The notes under the pieces: model-generated
Told to the model about the DNA's origin: nothing
Seen by the model: the letters and a program-made list of their open reading frames with translations, nothing else
The model's database searches: none
In this document: positions 53,095 through 64,000 of the stretch, in pieces
Layout: the number at the start of each line of letters is the position of its first letter
Position numbering within the stretch: position 1 is the first letter of the stretch
Position numbers and translations under genes: made by a program
DNA from: Eutreptiella sp. 'Long Island Sound 2002'
Taxonomy: Eukaryota; Protista; Euglenida
NCBI GenBank assembly: GCA_964036045.1
Contig: OZ038378.1
Location: forward strand, 7,192,001-7,256,000
Direction: 5' to 3'
DNA length: 64,000 nt

Positions 53095-53877
53095 TCCCAT
53101 AATTGGTCAATGTGGCTCAAAATAAATGGGGACGTAATTCACACCAAAGTGCCCCACTTTGTGTGGTTTCTAGTATTCAAAATGGATCAAAAGTACACCT
53201 GGGAGCCGATACAGTTGAGGCTAGGACCAGGATAGAGGTTAGACGGCTCTCGGTCAACCATATGTCTTTTCAAGGATCTATGCGGAGAGGTTGAGTGACT
53301 CAAGAAGGATTCATTTGCCGGTGTGGCTCATTCAAGCTCTTGTTTCTGACCCTCAACATGGGTTTCATGACAGATTCCATGTCCCACCCTCGTGAGGTGG
53401 TGGAGGAGGCTGGAGAGGGAGAGAAACTTGTTGAAAAATGTTTCAAGTCTCAAGAAGCCAGGAAGCTTGAACCGCCCATGCTCTAATCATTGTGAAAAAA
53501 GCCACATCAATGATGTGGCTCTCTGCACGCCGCGCAGGCCGCTCAGGGTTCGAAAGCCTCTATCAACTGCCATGCACACCAGCAACTATGACTGGATATG
53601 GCACACCTAGAGGAAGCCTGGAAGTGTTAAAGAACGCCTGTGCTTCTGCAAAATCCTTTGCGTCCGGACGTTCTTTCTGTGCTTCGCGTTTACATCTCCC
53701 AAAAGCCCATTTCAAGGACGTTTCAGACAGGCATGACACACGCTTCTTAGGACCTTGGGAACACAACCCCATTCCATTGGCAAAAGGGTGAACTTGAAAA
53801 ATCACCATGAAAACCAGTGCCCAGCCCTTTCTGCAGGCACGTTCATCAACTCCAGGTATCCTGTCCACATGAATGCC

Positions 53878-53989
53878 TCATAGGGACATGGTGCGCAGGA
53901 ATTCGTTGTGGCTGATCTTGCCCGCAAAATTGCAATCAAACAGCTGCACAATGGCCTGAATTTCGTTCTCTGAGGCCCTGAGGCCCCAC
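53878..53989 (-). CDS. Downstream (possibly last) coding exon of a host EF-hand Ca-binding protein
   Basis: Seen: acceptor tcccctcag|g, then WGLRASENEIQAIVQLFDCNFAGKISHNEFLRTMSL*. EF loop DCNFAGKISHNE. The phase matches exon 62427-62601. Confidence 0.7.
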
Positions 53990-54889
53990 CTGAGGGGACA
54001 GTTGACAGAGTGCAGTGGAGTAGTAACACAGCATTATGCAATGCAACACAATTGCACATCGCTGGGGAATGCAATGCTCCACAGTTCATTCACTCATTCA
54101 TTGTCCAGAAACTGCCTGGGTACTGCAAAGCTCCACAATGCAGTATGAAAAAATATAACGCAGAGCAGAGCAGTGCAGTGCGGAGCAGTACAAAGCTGTA
54201 GATTGCAAGAGAGAGAAACCATGCAGCCATAGTTGTGGGATTGGCGCAGCGAGGGCTTATTGCTGTCATTTTTCTGCTGTGTTGGGGGCTGGGGGCTTCA
54301 TGATCCCCTGCAATGCAATGCATTGCAGTGCCATGGACAGGCATGGAGGCTCCACAAACATGGGGTGTGCCCTGTATCATGTGAGAGCGTTTCACACAGT
54401 GCACTACAAATTGAAGGAAGGAAGATCACCGAAATGAAGGCAGGTCAAAAGGTGAAGGGCGGGCAGTGAAATACCCATCAGTGTTAATTGTTCAATGTGC
54501 CCATGAAGCAGGAAAAGCAGCTGAAAAGCAGAGCAGGATGCAAGGCGAAACATTTGTATGGTACTGCCATCCACCACATTGCAGCGTGCTGTGTAGTGGA
54601 AGAATGTCATTTCTGTGCAGAGTGCATTCAATCGATGATGTGAAAGACATTCATGTCCACACCAGAGCCGTCTTGTACCCTCATGGCACCCCAAGCCCTG
54701 GGTGCACCACAAGAAACTCTCAACAGACGCTACCACAAACACCCTGTTGGTTCATTTCTTGCAGCACTGCCCTTCTGTTTGGTTGCTCAAGTTTTGGTTT
54801 GTGCGTGTATGTATGTGAGTGGATGTATGAGTGGGTGAAAAACAATATTAAAGAGGGAGACCCACATGGGTCCAAGGCCCCCTTGGTCA

Positions 54890-56420
54890 CCCGAGGCGCC
54901 ACCAAAATCAGTTCAACGTACAGTGACTGCGCCGTCCTGTCGGGCGGCCGCCCGGGTCGCGTCTGGGGGCCTTGCCTGGGCCAGACCTCTGGCGGGGTGG
55001 GGCTTAAGTGACCTCCATTCCTGCACGCCCATGCCTGGCCGCGTCGTGCAGCTCCACTCGTGCCCGCTTCGGGGGGGGGGGGGGGGTCAGGATGCCCCGT
55101 GTCCTCTTGAAGGTCAGGCCCCGGCTTGCCGGTGCTTGCCGGTGACGCTTGGACCGCTTAGCTGAGGGGGTCCCCCCCCTTCCCAGGGTGCGCGGCCCCG
55201 CCACCCTCACTCTGCCCTGTGTCCCAGGCGGTGCCGGTAGGGGGGGGTGTCCTATGTGGCGCGTGGCGCAGTAGTGCCGCACCCCCCTGCCCACCGCCGC
55301 GCATGTAGAGCATTGTTTGTGGTTGTGTGCGACGCAAAGCCACAACCATGGGCGCCGCGGCCGAGTTTCCGGGCGCCTAGCCTTGGCGCACTGCTGGGGT
55401 GGTGTGAAGAGCACGGCCCCTCCCCCTGGCGCAGGTGTTGCTGCGCCTCCATTGGGTTCCTCCACTCTGCACTACACGCCTCTGCGCGCCCCTTCCGGCA
55501 CGACTGGCCCTGCATAGAAATCGCTGGCATACGCCTTGGCTGCTTTTTTTCCCCCTCCTTTGCCTGGGCATCGCTCCCGTTGCTGCGCGTTGGCGTTCTG
55601 CACGTCGGCCGTTTTTCCTAGGGTGTGTCTCCGCTTCTGGCGCTGTTTCACCACTCCCGATTGCTGCTGTTGTGCCCACTGTTCGGAGTTGTACCGCTGC
55701 AGGCGCTTCAAATGGTGCCATACCGCCATGGGTCTTGTGAAAAGGGGGCGCCCCTTCACCCCTACCACCGGGCCTGCCCCGAGCAGCACCAACGAGCGGC
55801 AGTGATTGGTAATCGGGGCCGGGAGAACGGACTCCCTCCCCGCCGCCTTGCCCATCAGGGTTACTGCCAGTCGCACCACCCTGCCCTTCTCCTGTAGCGA
55901 GAGCTCCGTGCCCGCAAATCTGGACTGCGGGATGGGCGGCAGAGGCCTTCCCGCTTGGGACTCGAAGTCCAGGGCCAGCTCCATGAAAAATACATGCCCG
56001 TGTCCGTGTGGCAGGGTGTCATCCGCCGCGAGCCATTCCAGATCCTGCAACCACGCGTTCATCGCCGGCGGGAAGTCTTCTCCCCATTTCCAATCTCAAG
56101 GCAGGGCCCCCATGGCCGGCAGGGTGGTTCGCTGAGCCTTGGGCCTAGGGGGCTGCAGCTGGTGCCAAGGGTAATCCTCCCGCGGCACTTTGCGCAGTTG
56201 AGTCGGGAAGAGGAGGCTTTGCTCTTCTTCCTGTTGCATTCGGGCCCGCAGCACTGCTCTGAACATGCCGTGCAGCTTGTGAATGAATTGCTCCAGCGGG
56301 TTGTTGCCTTCCTCCGCCCACTGTTGTCCTGCCAGGGCGAGCTCACCTCTCTGTCGCCCCGGCTCCAAATCATCGTCCTCCGAGTCCGGCACTTGTTGTC
56401 GCGATATTTTGTTTAACTCC
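54890..56420 (-). mobile_element. 3' fragment of a family-2 LINE
   Basis: Seen: VFFMELALDFESQAGRPLP (ORF 55472-56062, homologous to 34511-34942), followed in frame after one stop by LCVAHNHKQCSTCAAVGRGVRHYCATRHIGHP (55245-55339). Confidence 0.65.
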
Positions 56421-56549
56421 CTGCATCTTTTCGTCCATCCCGGGCCCTGCGCCAGCCCGCTTCGAGCGACCTTCGCGCTTCGGGCGCATGTGCGTGGATG
56501 TCCGGAGGGGAGGTTATTCGGAGGAGGGCACGTGCCGTTTTGGGTCCTG

Positions 56550-57020
56550 GGCGTGTACGCAAAGGGGACGGGAGAGGGGTTAGCAGCTCAAAGCCTCCCT
56601 GTAGCCTGCCCTAGCCCTCCCCCGTCCGCAAAGGTGTATCTTGGGGTAACAAAAGGACCAGGTCCACCGCGTCAAGTGGGGTCTTTGAAGGAGCGTCCAT
56701 GCTCAGACTGCAGGCTGTGTGCCTCCTCGCCATTGCCTGAGGGCATGGCCGCCGCTGGGCGCACCCCTGTGGGTGCACTTGCAAGGTGAAGCCCAGCCCC
56801 AAGAGGCCCCACCCTCCGGTCAGCTGTGAGGCTGAGCCCCACACTGAGCACCGTGCTCTGTGCTCTCCATGCCACCGTGGACAGCAAAACATACCCTCTT
56901 CTGTCCCATGCACAGCGGACGTGCAAGCGCATCATGTGCCTTGCCCCTGCTCAGCATGGGAGATCTCTAACACGCCGTTCCCCGGCCCGTTGTGCTGCTG
57001 CTAACCGCCACTTTGCCACA
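56550..57020 (-). mobile_element. Additional short family-2 LINE 3' fragment
   Basis: Seen: MFCCPRWHGEH (~56865-56895) and a terminal segment at 56570-56630 similar to 24895-24960. Confidence 0.4.
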
Positions 57021-57699
57021 CGGCACCAACAATGACTAGGGGGCGGGGGGGGGGGGGGGGGGCATGGCCCCTCTCCCTATCCCTGCCCCTTGCCCTACCC
57101 TTGACAGCCTATGGGCATGCCCCCTTGGCTGACCCCTAATCCTGACAATCACCCTTAGTGTTTGGCAGAGCCGTCGGCTAAGGGGAAGGGGAGGGCACTC
57201 CATGTCCCCACTAGTCACCCCCGGTGCCTTGCAATGTTGTCAGCCAAGGGGAGGAGGGGAGTGCACCTTGCACCCCTTGCACTTGTCTCTCGCCTTGACA
57301 GTCGCCCTCGGTGCCTCGCAGGGCTATCGGCTGAGGATAAGAGGGATTGGAGGGGCCCTGTTTGCCTCCCTGCCTAGGGTGAGGGTGACGGCCGGGGCGG
57401 GTGGGGGCTTGCCGCCCCACCCTAGCACTGCCACTCGTTGCCCCACCCCCCTACAATGGCCATGCTGCAGAGCGTAGTCGAGATGGAATCAAATATGTCC
57501 ATAAGCCCTACCCCTCCGCTTGGGGGGATCCAACAATTGGTCCCTTACTGGAGCGGGCAACAGGAGGGGTACCCGTAGGCTAACGCCTATGAAAGCATGC
57601 TTGGCCCCATCAGACTTTCCGCCCAAGGTGGTGCACGCCCCCGAAGCTGCGAGGGTGGTGGTGCTGGTTGGGGGTGGGGGGTAGCTTGGAGCTGCCAAG

Positions 57700-58400
57700 G
57701 GGGGGGTCCCAGATGCAATCCCATGCCCAATGATCATTCCACCTTTTTAGGTCTTGGGCACTTGCACAAAAGTGCGGGAGGGTGGGTAGTGGGTTCGGGC
57801 TGGCCTGTGGCCTGCTCAATTCCACCCCAAACCCCTGTGCCTTGCATCCCGTCAAAAGGGCCCGGTCCCTCACGATCATGTTGGGTCCTCTTGTGGACCT
57901 GTTATCCCCGTCCCCTCTCTTCCCCACCCTAGGGCAAGGGGTCCTCTATTGCCGCAGTTGGTCAGCGAAACCCATACCCAACAGGCTACCTCCCAAAATG
58001 TTGCCTTATGAAGCCGCCCCCCATGCGTCCCATGTCGTGATGTGCACCTCATAGTCCACGTGCTGGCACAGGTAGCAATGCTTACCCCCTTGTGCTTTGC
58101 GCACCCCAAGCACGTTGCTCTTCGTTGTTTAAGCAAGAAGCGTCGTTTGCGCACCTCTCCAAGGATAGCCGCCCAGCGGCGCTCCTAGTTGCCGCAATGA
58201 AGAGCCCCCGGGTGCCTCGCACTAGGGGTAAATCCATTGATGGAGGGCATGCTTCTCATAGCGTGAGGGTGATGCACTTGAAGACAATGCTTGATGACAA
58301 AGGGGGGGGGGAGCACCCCTTGCTGAATCCCCCCGAATTCCAACGGAAAGAGGGCTACCAAAACACTCCCAACAAAATCATGTAGGCCCCTAGGCAAGTC
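57700..58400 (-). mobile_element. Probable LINE C-terminal remnant
   Basis: Seen: KHCYLCQHVDYEVHITTW (~58030-58085), a CxxC-x7-H knuckle-like pattern. The rest is decayed. Confidence 0.3.
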
Positions 58401-59680
58401 ATTTGCACTGTGATGTCACCCCATCCCATTGGATAGGAAGCCCAACCCCATGAGACTCTCCACGTGCATGGGCTACCCTTCCAGCTGATTGTTGGCCTAG
58501 CTACCCCACCCCACCCCCACTATGGAGCGAGCCTTGCCTATCGCGCTAACGGACTTGGAGCCCTCGGAAGCAAGCCGCCACGTGGGCCCAAGCACGACAT
58601 GGGCACTGCCGCTTCCACCAATGTGGCCTTGAGTCTGTGGATGGCTCCACCATGTGCGCGAAGGCAGCCCAACAAGCTACACATATTGTTGGAGTCAATT
58701 GAGGGCCTTAAGCAAAGGGCCAATGGGACACGGCTTTGGGCACACTCCAGGCACGGAGGCTCAACACCTGCAGCAGGTTGGAGTGGTGCACTGGGCCGCT
58801 TGCTAGCATTGGTAGACTATGGCGGGCTCTTTGAAGGAGCTCTCCTTAGCGCACATGCTCCTCTTGAGCGCCACTTGGACGGCTTCACCGGGAGGGACAC
58901 AGAATCTTGACAGGGGGGACCTATATACCCTTTTGCAATGGGCAGCTTGAGATAGAAGTGCACCCGCTCCATGGCTATCTAGCATGGCATACCCAGCGCA
59001 TGCAATGGCTGCTACAAGAGGGGGGGGGGGGTTTGTGCGCGCCAAGTCGAATTCGCGGTGGTAAATTTCAGTGTGGAAAATTTTGCAAAGCCCCCTTGAT
59101 TTTGTGTGGTAAATTTTGCGGACACTCCCAGAAATGTTGAGGTGTGTAAGGTTTTGCGGGCTTGTGAAGCTTAGCCACATGTGCCACTCACAATGCACCA
59201 CCTCACAACCCCAGCGCTGCAAAGGAGGACGAGCCTAAGAACATGGACACGAGGATCCGCCGATGCCCAACCCGACCCTTCAAACCATGACAACCGCGAC
59301 AACCACGGTTTGCTGCAAGAGGCCCGCGAGTTGGGCAGCGACTGCGTCGGGCTCGCTCATTGCTCTGTGTGTGCGTCATGTAGCGCCGACCGCATGCACA
59401 GCGCGGAGTGGAGTTTAGTGAACATGTGCCATAAGCGAGCCTCAAATTGGGCAGCCAATGGGGCGGTCCGCGGCGAGGCTTGCGCTGGAGGGGAGCCGAG
59501 CAACCCTCGTGCAGCAGCAAGCAGGTGGTGCGCACCACGCATGGACCGCGGGCACCTCGTGGCCGCACGCAGAGCACGGGAAAAGACAACAACGTTGTGG
59601 TCCAGCTAGGCAACCTCACCACGCGCAAGCGCACAACAATATACCGCAACAACAACAATTTCGGGGCATTCGGAGGGGCC

Positions 59681-59930
59681 ATGGCCTAGGCTACATGGGC
59701 CTAGCGGCCACTACTTGAGTCCCCATGGGTGCTTATGCACCCGTATTGTCACCAAATAATCACCCAAACCCATCTTGAAGATTTTCCGGCGCCACTCAAA
59801 AGCCACAAGACAACGGCTATTTCACAACTTTTGGGGGAACCATGGCCTGGGCTACATGGCTCTAGCCGCCACTACGTGGGTACCCATGCGTGCTCAAGGA
59901 TCCGTATTGTCACCAAATCATCACCCAAAC
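59681..59930. repeat. Diverged ~90-bp direct repeat at 160-bp spacing
   Basis: Seen: catggcct(a/g)ggctacatgg...ccgtattgtcaccaaat(a/c)atcacccaaacc at 59681 and 59841. Confidence 0.8.
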
Positions 59931-61604
59931 CCTTCCCGGGGGCGACGGAACGGTTTAAGCAAAAGAAGAATTTTCGAAATTCGATTGCCTTTGGCAAGTC
60001 CACCACCAAGAGAATCTTCCTTCAGCAATCAACACCCCAATAGGGTGAAAAACACACACACACACACACACACACTACGTGAAGGAGATCAAGAACCCCG
60101 AACCCACTGTCGATAGCAGGCAAACAGGGCACTTGTCAAAACAACTCGTCAAGCCACAACAAAAAACAGCGTCATTGAGGCTAGGCGCCTTTCTGAGGGA
60201 TAGCAAGGACGGGGATGGCAGTGTTCTTCCACCTCAGCAGAGTCACATCAACCCCCCTGTAGTATTGTTGCCCCTAGCTCTAAGGAGAGGAGGACGTTGT
60301 ATACCTTGCAACATTGCTTACATGCTCCTGGTCCGCACATGCAACATGCAGGGTGGGGGAAGTGGAGTTGTTCGGCATCGACTGCGCGTAGCCGCGCGAT
60401 CACACACACACATGTCCTAGCCGTTTAGCTGAGACCCAATGTTGGTAGAGGGACTCGTAGTCCATACACCAATCCCCTGTAGTTCCCGCTGGCGCCATCG
60501 TTGGCGGGAGGACCCACGTGGCATACCTCTGTCCCGCCCAATGCGCCCGCTTCCTAACCCATGACAGGGCCTGATGCAAAATGCAACAGCGCAGTAGGGG
60601 GAGGTGGGGGATTATGGAGTGGATGAACTGCACAATGAAGGACTGTTTGTGGCCTGATGTGGCTAGTCCCCGTGCGATTGCTGCGTGCATGGAGCGTCGC
60701 AAGACCCTCGGTTCATACCGTGACAGCAACCCTACTTGGCAGCAAGCGGCTGCTGTTATCATCTGTGCCAGGGTGGAGCGGCTCCATGGTATGCTGCTGG
60801 CCATCACCGTGTATATGGAAGGCAGGTACTGGGGGGGTGCAGTTGGAGGCGAAACTAGGGGGGGTCCCATCTTGAGGTTCCAGTTGGTATCCAGGGAGCT
60901 GGGGTGGGCATAGGCGGTATTTATCTCTGTGGACCCACCCACCAAAGTGTATCCCATGGCTGTTACGGAATTTGTGAGGCATGTCCGCAGACACAACTCA
61001 TCACATGGACAAAGAACTTGCAAATCCCAGCACTAATTCAAAATTTTGCAGACACGCTGCACAATGCCGATAGAGGGCGAGTCGGCGACACTGATGTGCA
61101 GGCACTCTTAGGGGTTGCAAAACACCCACTGTCATGAGTGATCAACAATCGATGGATGTGAAGGGGGAGGGCTTGCAAGGCAGACGGGAATTTTCTGGGA
61201 ATGGATGTAGCAGGCACTTGAGAGGAAGGACCTACGGGAGGGTGGGGAGGGCATGGTTCGACAACAACGGCACGAAACTAGTATGACAAGGGAAGGATGT
61301 GGCCATTAAGATATTATTCCGAAACTGGCAGAGGGTGAGGTGGCCCCACGGTGTTACCCAGCATACAAAACCGGCATCACTGATCCTGAGGTCCCCTAGG
61401 TCTCGGAACTTGCCTCTGCACGTGTACACGCCCCACTAACAATGCAGGTCTGCTGCCTGGGCTGAAAATGAACCCCCCATAGGTATGCAGCCTGTCCGTT
61501 GCCAGACTTTTCCCGCTGCTAAAACATAATTGTTGTTTTGAAGCTCGAAAGCTACGCTGCGTTTTGAAGCTCACACACATATATATTGCCTAAAACATGC
61601 TTTA

Positions 61605-62075
61605 CATAGCTTGGATGGTCATTATGAGTGGTCGCAACATCAGAAAAATGAGTTTCGCAGACTTGGATTTTTGAGCTGTACAGGGTGAAAAACTGCATGG
61701 ACCCCCCCCACCCCACCCACACACCCAATACCCAAATAGAGTGAAAAACACATAAGGACTGCCTAAGACATGCTCTACATAGCTTGGATGGTCATAGTGA
61801 GTGGTCACCAGAGTCAAAAAAAAAGTTTTGGAAACTTCAGTTTTGAGTTACACAGCGTGAAATACTGCGTGAGCAGGTTGTGTGCCAGTTCCTTGGGAGC
61901 CCCCCCCCCCCCCCGCCAAACACACCCAATGCCCAAATAGGGTGAAAACCACACAAATACTGCCTGAAATAGGCTTGACATAGCTTGGATGGCCATTGTG
62001 AGTGGCCATCATATCAAAAAAAAAGTTTTGCAAAACTTCAATTTTTGAGCTGTACAGGGCGAAAAACTGCATAAA
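61605..62075. repeat. Three diverged copies of a ~175-200-bp unit
   Basis: Seen: acatagcttggatgg(t/c)cat...gagtgg...ttttgag at 61605, ~61778 and 61979. Confidence 0.8.
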
Positions 62076-62426
62076 GCAGGCGGCGAACCAGGCCAAGCAC
62101 ACATGTAAGCCATTATTGGTGAAAACAGCGGTTTGGAGTCTTTCACATGGGCCATGCATGACCTGCCCTATGCACCGGTACAGACTGCAACGAAGTTCCT
62201 TCTGGATCCCAGTCAGCATATACAACATCGACTGCGACGACATCTTAAAATGCACCTCTTAGAGTCGGCACCGCGGGGTCACTAAGGTCGCCAAAAACAA
62301 AACATAGCAAAAATACCTGAAAATGCATAAACTGCAAAAACGGTCATTTTGCAGACGGCTTCGTTTCGAACATTTCGTACAACGTACAGCGCCCTCCCAG
62401 CCTTGTCAAGCCGTCTGCATGCACAC

Positions 62427-62601
62427 CTGTACAGAATTCCACGGAACTCTGGGACACCAATCCAGCCATCGCGATCCACGTCCAACTTCAAGAAGGCCTC
62501 CCTCATGCTCGTGAACTTCCGCTCTAATTTGGCTTTGAATTCACGCAGGTGCCGATACGAGAGGGCGGGATCCGCATATTCACTCACGTACTCTGATGTC
62601 C
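62427..62601 (-). CDS. Internal exon of a host EF-hand protein
   Basis: Seen: acceptor atgcag|gg, then TSEYVSEYADPALSYRHLREFKAKLERKFTSMREAFLKLDVDRDGWIGVPEFRGILY, then donor ag|gtgtgc. Canonical EF loop DVDRDGWIGVPE. Confidence 0.75.
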
Positions 62602-64000
62602 CTGCATGTTGACAAGGGCCTGAAAGCCAAGCAACACCGAGGTCCGTGCCACGAGGGTCTGTGCTAAAGAGGGATATGGTGCATGCGTCTACACTGTGGG
62701 TGCTTATGTGGTAGTGTCTATACTTTCATGGGTCTGTGCTTTTGGGGTCTGTGCTTTGGGGTCTTTGCCACAGGACGCATGGTGCAGGGTCAATGCTCCA
62801 GCAGCACGAGCCCCTGCAACAGAAAACTGTGTTGCACACACTCCTGCAGCATAGACCCTTGCCATGCAGCGTCTTGCAGTAGAGGTCTCTGTACCTTCAA
62901 CCCCTGGAGCCCCAGCTCTGATGCCATCCGCCCCTGTAGCAAAGAGCATAGGTCCCTGCAGCCAAAGCCCTCCAGCACAGACCCCTGGAGCACAGATGCC
63001 TGTAGCATGAAGTCAGCACTGATGAATGAGGCTGCCAAGCGGGTGTAATTTTACATTTGAGGACTGAAAGAGCCAGTCTTTGGGTATATGTATCAGTGGC
63101 GGCACATACAAGAGACACCCGTCAGAGAGGGCACCTCCGGGTAGCCCACTGACTGGAGTGCTAGGGGGGCTATGCTGCAGGGCCTGTGCTACAGGGCACA
63201 GTGGCTAGTGCTGCAGAAAGTGGCCTATCACAATGGAGGCTCCTCAACACCTTACAATACACACAAGCAAAAGCAGAGAAGTGGTCACTTCACCTTTTGG
63301 ACTGGGCCCTGTTGCAGACTGCAGGGGAATCTGTCGTGTCGAAGCAGATTGGGTTGGTGATACCTGCAGAGCACAGAACAAGACAACAGCAAATAATCAC
63401 AGAAAGGTTCAGAAGCCTGCAAAGCCCGACAAGACGTGCACTCTTTCAAAGGTCTGCAGGTGTTCACAAAACCCACACCAACAGACAGTTGGCCGGGTTC
63501 AAGGGTCGCAATACAAAGCATGCAATTGAGCTACACATCTTCGTTCCACAGAACCTTCATCTCAACTTGACACATGCAGTGGCTGATGGTTTCGTGACGA
63601 TTAGAACATACCACTGAACATATGGGTCCGGCTGCAGAGAAATCAACAATCCGCTCCACCCATCTTTTACTCCCCAAACCCAAGGCTTTGTGGAACTTTT
63701 GGAGGTCAGAACTAGCCAATACATGCCCAAGATGGGCTGCAAACACGGGTTTGAGCATCATGAGTGGGCGAGGAACAACTTCGGCAAAGCTCATCTTGAC
63801 CCACTTTTGACCAATGTTGGACCTCCCCCTCAACTTGGAGCCCCCAGGCCAGCAATGGGGAGCTTCTGGATCAATCTGGAAGACAGGCTATTTTGGGGCC
63901 CAAACAGCCTTGCAGCTAGCAAGGCACGGCGTTGGGCTTGTGATTAACAATATGGCTGGGTGAAATGTTGCCTGCTTGCTTGCTTGTGCCGGATTTACAT

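Noticed and set aside
53765-53795. Fic-like motif HPFANGMG
   Set aside because: It lacks GNGRxxR, lies just past the stop of the EF-hand exon, and has no surrounding Fic helices.

Overview
Eukaryotic, transposon-dense window, most likely from a photosynthetic euglenid such as Euglena or Eutreptiella. This is inferred from a linker-joined LHCII polyprotein and euglenid spliced-leader (SL) sequence. Main contents: (1) a near-complete ~14 kb non-LTR retrotransposon (1492-15468, +) with a structured ~450-nt 5' module, ~23 copies of a 104-bp monomer, an ORF1 frame (coiled coil plus RRM-like region), an APE-RT-RNaseH-CCHC ORF2 and an in-frame extra 3' ORF; (2) two tandem SL relics (20133-20170) ahead of a decayed LINE; (3) an intronless, disabled six-unit LHCII polyprotein fragment (26290-30530, -) fused to a 94-bp monomer array and a second, inverted copy of the structured module; (4) a decayed Ty3/gypsy chromovirus (38358-43790, -) carrying a Dam-like N6-adenine methyltransferase domain between protease and RT; (5) several 3' fragments of another LINE family that share a Cys/His motif; (6) two exons of a host EF-hand gene (-) separated by an ~8.4 kb TE-filled intron. 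No rRNA, tRNA or CRISPR array was recognised. All calls are by eye and no database search was run.
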